A stretch of 64,000 nucleotides of DNA. It comes from Pyrinomonadaceae bacterium. GTDB taxonomy: Bacteria > Acidobacteriota > Blastocatellia > Pyrinomonadales > Pyrinomonadaceae. The DNA is taken from positions 128,001 through 192,000 of the forward strand of contig JBKBYA010000002.1 in NCBI GenBank assembly GCA_046313635.1. Direction: 5' to 3'. The notes beneath the pieces are model-generated. The model searched no databases. It had not been told where the DNA came from and worked only from the letters and a program-made list of their open reading frames with translations. Positions 57,257 through 64,000 of this stretch are shown in pieces (position 1 is the first letter of the stretch; every line of letters begins with the position of its first letter). The position numbers and the translations under genes are program-made.

Positions 57257-58670
57257 TCTTGACCAGCTTCTGAAGCGCCGGCAGGCGGAGGTCGACCTTT
57301 TCGATCTCGAGCTTGTGCTTTTCCTGGTCGGCCCGTTTCAGAAACTGCTGATAATTTGCCATCGCGTCCAGGTATTCTCCAAGCTGATCGTGGCAGATGG
57401 CAAGAAAAAAGTAGGTTATCGCGATGTCAGGCTGTCGGGATGACAGCCAGCGAAATTCCGCCGCGGCCGGCGCGTACTGCTTGGATTGAAAGAGCGCCGT
57501 CGCGAGATTTGCACGAATGGTGTAATTGTCTGGCGCGGCGTCGGCCAGACGGCGGAGCAGCGAGATCGCCTCGTCGTAGCGCCGGGCCTGTACGAGGGCG
57601 GCACCGTAGCCGACGGCATGCTGGATCTTGTCCGGCTCGGCCCTTGACGCCCGAAGGCAGTAGTCGAGCGAGCGTGCCGGATCGGACGTACGATAGAGTG
57701 CGCAGAGACGGCCGAGGATCACGGCGTTGGTCGGGTCGTCCTTGAGCCGCAGCTCAAGGTCCTCGGGCGAGGTCGCACGGCGCGTGTCGAGAAGCGCGCG
57801 GATCGAATTGGTCTCGGCGTCGCTGCGGCCGACCTTTGAGAGCAGTGCCGCAGCCTCGTCGTCGCGGCCGGCGGCGACTGCAGCCTTTGTCTTAAGGATC
57901 GTAAGGTCGTCGTCCTGACCCTTGGCCGGCGCGATCGACGCCGCGATCGCGTCGGCGAGAGCTATGTCGCCCGAGGCGATCGCGATCTCGGCCTTTTGAA
58001 ACAATGCGTCACGACTGCGCGGGTCGATCTCGAGTGCGGAGGCGACGCTTGCACGAGCGGACGCCAGATCGCCGAGCCGGGCCTCTATTCTGGAACGCGC
58101 GACCCAAAGCGCGGCGGTCGGCGATGCCTTGGCAGTGAAGTTTCTGAGCCGCGCCAGCAGATCGATAAGTGCGGGCCTGTCACCGGCGCTGCGGAGACGC
58201 AGGTTTGCAAGAGCGACGAAGGCGGGCAGATTTTGCGGGTCAAGCTCGATCGCCCTTGCGAGCGTCTCGTCGGCGTCCTTGTACTTGCCGAGGCGCGTCA
58301 GCAGGTCGCCAAGCGCCGCGAGCGGCAGCGTCCATTCGGGACGCAGCTCCGACGCCCGGCGGTAGGCCGACTCGGCCTCGGGCAGGCGTCCGAGAGCGAG
58401 CAGTGCGGCGCCGCGCTGGTAATGGGCCTCGGGAAATTCGGGCATCACCCTGATAGCGTCGTCATAAAGAGCGAGAGCTTTTTGGAGATCTCCCTTTTCG
58501 TGAGATTCCTGTCCGCTGTTAAAAAACTCGATCGCCCTCTCGGCAGGTGAGGCGACGGGCTCGTCCTGCGCGTTCGCCGCCGCGACGAACAGAAGCGTCG
58601 TCACAAGCGCGGCGGCAAGGATCGAACGTAATTGAAAGAGCCTCTTTGTGAATGAAGTGAGAAAAAGCAT
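57228..58670 (-). CDS. Secreted tetratricopeptide-repeat protein
   Basis: Signal peptide ending ANA; TPR units (PEFPEAHYQRG, PQNLPAFVALA, PDNYTIRANLA). Start chosen at ATG 58670. Confidence 0.85.
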   Translation of the reverse strand: MLFLTSFTKRLFQLRSILAAALVTTLLFVAAANAQDEPVASPAERAIEFFNSGQESHEKGDLQKALALYDDAIRVMPEFPEAHYQRGAALLALGRLPEAESAYRRASELRPEWTLPLAALGDLLTRLGKYKDADETLARAIELDPQNLPAFVALANLRLRSAGDRPALIDLLARLRNFTAKASPTAALWVARSRIEARLGDLASARASVASALEIDPRSRDALFQKAEIAIASGDIALADAIAASIAPAKGQDDDLTILKTKAAVAAGRDDEAAALLSKVGRSDAETNSIRALLDTRRATSPEDLELRLKDDPTNAVILGRLCALYRTSDPARSLDYCLRASRAEPDKIQHAVGYGAALVQARRYDEAISLLRRLADAAPDNYTIRANLATALFQSKQYAPAAAEFRWLSSRQPDIAITYFFLAICHDQLGEYLDAMANYQQFLKRADQEKHKLEIEKVDLRLPALQKLVKNAKGKGSAG

Positions 58671-58807
58671 TTCGGGTCGCGAGGTGACGGGCACGGTCCG
58701 CTGCACGCGGGATCTGGCGGTAGGAAACATCGGTTGCCTTAGGCACATCGCTAAGCTAAGATTTTTAACTTGCATTTGCATCGCTGCCAAACGCAATCCT
58801 GGACATA

Positions 58808-59665
58808 ATGACCGTCGCTCGCCAAAAGTCCTCAAAATTCATCCCAGACAGAAGTGTCATTGAAAAGGAAGAGAAGCTGCGGGCTTTGATGCGCGGGCCC
58901 GGCCGAGTGTTGGTAGCCTATTCCGGCGGCGTCGACAGCGCTTACCTTGCCTTTGTCGCAGCCGGTGAGCTCGACAGCGGTGCGACCTGCGTTCTCGGCG
59001 TCTCGCCGAGCGTGTCGGCGGCGCAGATCGCGGCCGCGGAAGCGTTTGCACAGCGTCATTCTCTGACGCTGCGAAAGGTCGACACAAATGAGCTCGACGA
59101 TCCGAGCTACGCGGCCAATCCGAGCAATCGCTGCTACTACTGCAAGACCGAGCTGTACGGAAAGCTCGCAGCGCTTGCCGAGGCCGAAGGCTTCGATGCG
59201 ATCTTCGACGGAGCCAATGTCGACGATCTCGGCGACCATCGCCCGGGCCGTAAGGCGGCCGGCGAAAAGGGCGTCCGCAGCCCGCTCATCGAGGCGGGGA
59301 TGACCAAACAGGACATTCGCGATATGAGCAGGTTTCACGGGCTCGAGACCTGGGACCGGCCGGCGAGTCCGTGCCTCTCGTCGCGCGTCGCGTACGGCGT
59401 GCACGTAACCATCGAACGTCTTTCAAAGATCGAACGAGCCGAAGCTGTGCTGCGGGATATGGGATTTAGAGAATTCCGCGTTCGCGTCCATGACGATCTG
59501 GCGCGCATCGAGATCGCGCGAGATGAAATGGCCAGGGCCCTGACGAGCGAATTCGTCGACGACGTGAACCGCAGCTTGACGGCGATCGGCTTCAGGTACA
59601 TTACGCTCGACCTGCGGGGCTTTAGGTCGGGTGCGTTGAACGAGACGATCAATTCGAACTTATAA
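58808..59665 (+). CDS. larE: ATP-dependent sulfur transferase LarE (PP-loop)
   Basis: AYSGGVDS, NRCYYCK, DDLGDHRPG, SPCLSSR, FRVRVH, GFRSG. Confidence 0.92.
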   Translation: MTVARQKSSKFIPDRSVIEKEEKLRALMRGPGRVLVAYSGGVDSAYLAFVAAGELDSGATCVLGVSPSVSAAQIAAAEAFAQRHSLTLRKVDTNELDDPSYAANPSNRCYYCKTELYGKLAALAEAEGFDAIFDGANVDDLGDHRPGRKAAGEKGVRSPLIEAGMTKQDIRDMSRFHGLETWDRPASPCLSSRVAYGVHVTIERLSKIERAEAVLRDMGFREFRVRVHDDLARIEIARDEMARALTSEFVDDVNRSLTAIGFRYITLDLRGFRSGALNETINSNL

Positions 59666-59691
59666 AAGCAGAATCTTAATTTGGAGAGTAT

Positions 59692-60987
59692 ATGAAGATG
59701 GCAAACCCTATGGCTGATGAGATGCGGCGCTTCACGGGCAGCGATGAAAAGAATCCGTTCGAGGCGATGAGCGAGCGTTTCGACCGGGCCGCACAACTGC
59801 TCGGCCTCGACCAAGACCTTTACGCCGTGATGCGCGTCCCGAGCCGCGAGATCAAGGTCTATATCCCGGTCAAGATGGATACGGGGCATATCCAGGTTTT
59901 TGAGGGCTTTCGCGTGCAGCACAACTTTGCGCGCGGCCCGGCAAAGGGCGGCATCCGCTACGCGCCGGACGTAACGCTCGACGAGGTCAAGGCCCTCGCG
60001 GCGTGGATGACATGGAAGTGCGCCGTGGTCAACGTACCGTTTGGCGGGGGCAAAGGAGGCATCATTTGTAACCCGGCCCAGATGTCGCTCGGCGAGCTCG
60101 AACGCCTGACCCGCCGCTACACGGCGGAGCTCATCGACTTCATCGGCCCGGACAAGGACGTGCCCGCGCCCGACATGAATACCAACGAGCAGACGATGGC
60201 GTGGGTGATGGACACCTATTCGATGCACGCCCGCCATACGGTCAACGCGGTCGTCACGGGCAAACCGGTGGCGATCGGCGGTTCGCTCGGCCGCCGAGAG
60301 GCGACGGGACGCGGCGTGATGTTCACGGTCAACGAAGCGATCAAACGCTTTGATCTGACGCCCGAGAAGACGACCGTGGTGGTTCAGGGCTCGGGCAACG
60401 TCGGCGGCATCGGAGCAGAGCTGATGCACGCTCACGGCTACAAGGTCGTCGCCATTTCCGACGTGGGCGGCGGCATTTACAACAGCGGCGGCCTCGATAT
60501 TCCCGCCGTTCTCGAGTACTGGAAGGAGAACCGCACCTTCGAGGGCTACCCAGAGGCCGACCACGTGGGCAACAAGGAATTGCTCGAGCTCGAGTGCGAC
60601 GTGCTCGCCCCTTGCGCGACCGAGAACCAGATCACCTCGGAGAACGCCGACCGCCTAAAATGCAAGATCCTCGCGGAGGGAGCCAACGGGCCGACCACGC
60701 CGCGAGCCGACAAGATCCTGCACGACAAGGGCGTTTTTGTCATCCCCGATATTCTTTGCAATGCCGGCGGCGTGACGGTCTCGTATTTTGAGTGGGTGCA
60801 GGACCGTATGGGTTATTTCTGGTCTGAATCGGAGGTCAACACTAGACTGGAGGAAAAAATGGTCGCGAGCTTTAACGAGCTGTGCCATTTTGCTTCGAAA
60901 CACGACGTCGACACCCGCACGGCCGCCTATATGCTAGCCATCGATCGGGTCGCCTACGACACGCGAATGAGAGGCATCTACGCATAA
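59692..60987 (+). CDS. gdhA: Glu/Leu/Phe/Val dehydrogenase, probably glutamate dehydrogenase
   Basis: [60 protein letters not shown]. Confidence 0.93.
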   Translation: MKMANPMADEMRRFTGSDEKNPFEAMSERFDRAAQLLGLDQDLYAVMRVPSREIKVYIPVKMDTGHIQVFEGFRVQHNFARGPAKGGIRYAPDVTLDEVKALAAWMTWKCAVVNVPFGGGKGGIICNPAQMSLGELERLTRRYTAELIDFIGPDKDVPAPDMNTNEQTMAWVMDTYSMHARHTVNAVVTGKPVAIGGSLGRREATGRGVMFTVNEAIKRFDLTPEKTTVVVQGSGNVGGIGAELMHAHGYKVVAISDVGGGIYNSGGLDIPAVLEYWKENRTFEGYPEADHVGNKELLELECDVLAPCATENQITSENADRLKCKILAEGANGPTTPRADKILHDKGVFVIPDILCNAGGVTVSYFEWVQDRMGYFWSESEVNTRLEEKMVASFNELCHFASKHDVDTRTAAYMLAIDRVAYDTRMRGIYA

Positions 60988-61026
60988 ATTAACTTTGCGT
61001 AAGATATTAAAAATGCTTGATTTTGC

Positions 61027-61081
61027 TTGGCAGGTGGGTTAACCTTTCGCAAGGGACATCGCCTGCCAAAGTTTTCTTTTT
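61027..61081 (+). terminator. Probable terminator after gdh
   Basis: ttggcaggtg...cgcctgccaa stem followed by a T-rich tract. Confidence 0.55.
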
Positions 61082-61279
61082 GTTGACTTTGGGTCAATGA
61101 TAATTATCTAATTATGAGCATTGACCTACAAGGTTGATCGCAGGCTCGGAGGTCCCCGGGTAGGGCCCGGCCGGCAGCGGCCAGGCTCGCGCGGTAGCTA
61201 ATACGAAGGTACTTTGTATTCAAATTTCTCAGTGGCTACGAGTTGAAATTTAACTTTTTATTTTCGGCGGAGGAATGAG

Positions 61280-63778
61280 ATGAAACTCGCTAACAGGGCG
61301 TACGGGGTTACGCTGCTTTTATTGACAATGGTTTTCGTGGCGTCCGCTCAAACGCCCACGGCTACGCCTAGAGCTTCGGGAACGACGACGGCGACCTATG
61401 ATAAGGACGCAAGGTCGGCGAACGATCCGAGAAACACGGCTCCGACGGTCGGCACCGGCGGTCCGGTCGGCGGCCCGACGGGCCTCTTCACGGTATACGA
61501 CGGTCAGACGCTCCGTCGCGGCGAATTCACTTTCAGCGCCGCGTGGAGCAATTTTGATCGCGATCCGGGAAATGCCGATTTCACGGAGATCCCGGTCAGC
61601 TTCCAGATCGGCGTAACCAACAATCTTGAGCTTTTCTTCAACACGGACGCGTATCGCGGTGTCAAGATAAACTCACCGCGAAACCTCTCGAGTTTCTACC
61701 TGCCGAACTCAAGGGTACAGATCAATGGGGTTTTCACGAGCGCTCCGGCGATCGTGCTCGCACCGGGTTCGAGCGGTATTTACTTTAACCAGGCTGTGTT
61801 TCGCCCGACCGGCACGGCGCCGTTCGTGCAGTATCCGTACATCGGCGGCAACGCCGGAACGTTCGGCCTGCAGCCGCCCTTCTTCTCGGGACCCACGTTC
61901 GGTTTCCCGGCTGGCACCAACGCCGTGTACGGAGTGCGGCCAGGCGGTGAGGGGGCAAGCAACTTCCCGGGTATCGGCTCGGTCTACGGCAGCATCCTGC
62001 CCGGCGTAGTGCTGCAGACCACCACGCTTTTGAATCGGCAGGGCAATCCGGCTGGCGAAGGGCCGCTGGTCTTTGCCTTGGCTCCGAGCTATCTTCCGGA
62101 CGCTCCGTTCATCAACCGTACGTGGGGTGAGTCGTCATTCAGCACCTTTACGGGCGGCCTGAAATGGAGATTTACCAGCGTCAATAATCCGGTCGGCGTA
62201 GGTGTCATCGCCTATTACAAATGGTACGCCGACAGCGCGGACGATTTTGGCGGCTTTAATCAGCTCCAGCGTGGGGCCAGTCCGGGCGGCAACGGCAACT
62301 GGGCACGCGGCGACATCGGCGTCGTGGGCTTTGCTGACGCTCGTCTCCGTAAGTGGCTCAACCTCTCGGCAAATATTGGCTACAACTACACGTCGAGCGT
62401 GAAGAGCGATGCTTTTGGAACGGACGTGACGCTGCTCGACCGTCCTGACGAAGTGATGGCTGCGATCGGTGTCGACTTTCCGGTCAACAAGTACTTCCAG
62501 CCGATCGCGGAGTTTCGCACCCTCCAGTACGTCGGCGGTCGTACGCCGAATGCGTTTGAGAACCATCCGATCGACGGTTTGGTCGGAGCCCGTATATACC
62601 CGGCCCGCTGGTTCAGTATCGGAGCTGCGTATCGCCATCACTTTAACCAGCAGGATCGCGACAGCTTTGACAAGGACGACAGGTTCACCACGAGTGTACT
62701 CGTGAACTGCGTGCCTCCGGGACAGGGATGCGCTCCGGCGACGATCTCGCAGTCGTTCCAAGGCATGCCTCCGGGATTTGCTCCGTCGTCCGATCCGCAC
62801 GGCTTCATCTTTCAGTTGACGGCAGGCCGCCGCAACAAGCGCCAGGCCGAGATCGTCAATCAGCCGGCGAACGTCGATTCGGTAACGCTCAGCGATACCA
62901 CGATCGATCTCGGTTGTCCCGATGGTTTCCGTTCGGCGTCCGGCAGCTGCAACGACAGCACCTCGATCACGGTAACGACCAGCGCGTCTGACCCGGAGAA
63001 CGATTCGCTGATCTACAGCTACAGCGTTTCGGGCGGCCGCATCGTCGGTGAGGGACGTTCGGTTTCATGGGATCTGAGTGGAGTGCGGCCGGGAACCTAC
63101 ACGATCACGGCGGGCGTTGATGACGGCTGCGGCGTCTGCGGCAAGACACAGACCCAAACCGTCACCGTCCGCGAGTGTCCGGATTGCGTCCGTGTCTGCT
63201 CGTGCCCGAGCCTGTCGGTTACCGAGCCTTCGGGAATCACGCAGCCGGGTGAGACGATGACCTTCACGGCCAACGTCAGCGGGGGCACGCAGGATAACCT
63301 GACCTACAACTGGACCGTCTCGAACGGTACCATCGAATCGGGTCAGGGCACTTCGGCGATCACTGTCAGGACAACACGTGAGATGGCCGGCAGCAATGTG
63401 ACGGCTACCGTCACCCTCGGCGGCACGGACCCGAACTGCAACTGCACCGGTCTGTCAGCTTCGGGCACCGGTCCGGTTGCCGATCTTCCGAAGGCTGAGC
63501 TGGTAAACGAATTCGGCAAGATGTCGAACGACGAGATCCGCGGTCAGCTGGATATCTTCTTCCAGCAGCTGCAGTCTAATCCGAACGCACAGGGTTACGT
63601 TATCAACTACGGCTCGGATCGCGAGATCGCGGCCCGCGAGAAGCTGATCCGCAACCATATCGCGTTTCGTAAGTTCGACGCGGCACGCATCACGCTGGTA
63701 CGCGGCGGCGACACGGGCGAGGGCGTCAAGACCAAGCTCTATCTCGTGCCTCCGGGTGCCGAGAATCCGAATCCGTAA
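61280..63778 (+). CDS. Large secreted/outer-membrane protein: beta-barrel-like N-part, Cys-rich PKD/Ig-like domains, OmpA-like C-domain
   Basis: SD GGAGG, signal peptide; alternating aromatic beta strands; ASDPENDSLIYSY..VSWDL..PGTYTIT and YNWTVSNGTI Ig/PKD-type motifs; CGVC, CPDC, CSC, CNC. Confidence 0.75.
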   Translation: MKLANRAYGVTLLLLTMVFVASAQTPTATPRASGTTTATYDKDARSANDPRNTAPTVGTGGPVGGPTGLFTVYDGQTLRRGEFTFSAAWSNFDRDPGNADFTEIPVSFQIGVTNNLELFFNTDAYRGVKINSPRNLSSFYLPNSRVQINGVFTSAPAIVLAPGSSGIYFNQAVFRPTGTAPFVQYPYIGGNAGTFGLQPPFFSGPTFGFPAGTNAVYGVRPGGEGASNFPGIGSVYGSILPGVVLQTTTLLNRQGNPAGEGPLVFALAPSYLPDAPFINRTWGESSFSTFTGGLKWRFTSVNNPVGVGVIAYYKWYADSADDFGGFNQLQRGASPGGNGNWARGDIGVVGFADARLRKWLNLSANIGYNYTSSVKSDAFGTDVTLLDRPDEVMAAIGVDFPVNKYFQPIAEFRTLQYVGGRTPNAFENHPIDGLVGARIYPARWFSIGAAYRHHFNQQDRDSFDKDDRFTTSVLVNCVPPGQGCAPATISQSFQGMPPGFAPSSDPHGFIFQLTAGRRNKRQAEIVNQPANVDSVTLSDTTIDLGCPDGFRSASGSCNDSTSITVTTSASDPENDSLIYSYSVSGGRIVGEGRSVSWDLSGVRPGTYTITAGVDDGCGVCGKTQTQTVTVRECPDCVRVCSCPSLSVTEPSGITQPGETMTFTANVSGGTQDNLTYNWTVSNGTIESGQGTSAITVRTTREMAGSNVTATVTLGGTDPNCNCTGLSASGTGPVADLPKAELVNEFGKMSNDEIRGQLDIFFQQLQSNPNAQGYVINYGSDREIAAREKLIRNHIAFRKFDAARITLVRGGDTGEGVKTKLYLVPPGAENPNP

Positions 63779-63819
63779 TAAACCTTGCTTCGTGCCTCGA
63801 CCGAGGTACATCGATAACG

Positions 63820-63854
63820 ACGAAAGCGGCCGGCATCGGCCGCTTTCGTTTTTT
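63820..63854 (+). terminator. Intrinsic terminator
   Basis: acgaaagcggccg-gcat-cggccgctttcgt followed by TTTTT. Confidence 0.85.
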
Positions 63855-64000
63855 GCTGCAGCACGAGATTCTGCTTTGAGCCGCGTTGGAACTTGTGTAG
63901 AATCTTCTCGCTCGAGTGTTGGTCCCGGCGGGCACACCTATCTCCTCGACATCTTACTTTTGGATCGTCTTTGGATGTGCAAACATCTGTTTTGATCGGT

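Noticed and set aside
61096..61112. Fur box or FNR site upstream of the outer-membrane protein gene
   Set aside because: Only one half matches the Fur 7-1-7 consensus, and the TTGAC..GTCAA dyad has a 5-bp rather than 4-bp spacer; kept only as unexplained dyads.
61140..61200. SRP or other ncRNA in the GC-rich part of the gdh-OMP intergenic region
   Set aside because: No SRP core motif or other recognisable family signature; cannot be supported by eye.

Overview
A 64-kb, GC-rich bacterial chromosomal window with no rRNA, tRNA, CRISPR array or prophage. Gene content and style suggest Acidobacteriota, probably Blastocatellia/Pyrinomonadaceae-like (inference only). Content in order: (1) ~0.6-19 kb, an apparently complete cell-wall (MurNAc/GlcNAc) scavenging locus: LysA-fold decarboxylase, secreted GH3 NagZ, SSS symporter, MurQ, BadF-type sugar kinase, LysR regulator, secreted serine hydrolase-NamZ fusion, TonB-dependent receptor and NagA, interrupted by a low-GC secreted-protein gene and a sigma54-type DUF2231/SDR pair. 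(2) CpxRA-like two-component system, secreted TPR protein and CocE/NonD hydrolase, an AMP-ligase/ACP/acyltransferase fusion, a DAG-kinase-family gene, PepP and an NHL/M23-like lipoprotein. (3) metH preceded by a sigma70 promoter, a SAM-II-like aptamer and a terminator/antiterminator pair. (4) Acyltransferase, MFS pump, transglutaminase-like protein, FHA-trypsin protease and a 2Fe-2S ferredoxin. (5) pntA and pntB split by a REP-flanked HUH/Y1 (RAYT-like) transposase. (6) gcvT-H-PA-[Tat-exported class V PLP enzyme]-PB, larE, glutamate dehydrogenase and a large Cys-rich outer-membrane protein. The most striking unexplained structure is a pervasive set of short repeats (REP-type hairpins plus 7-, 8- and 9-bp-period arrays of unrelated sequence). 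They occur as inverted pairs between genes and as frame-preserving insertions inside at least four enzyme genes. Several starts were moved downstream of the ORF-track start to the most plausible ATG. All functional calls rest on motif recognition by eye; no searches were run.
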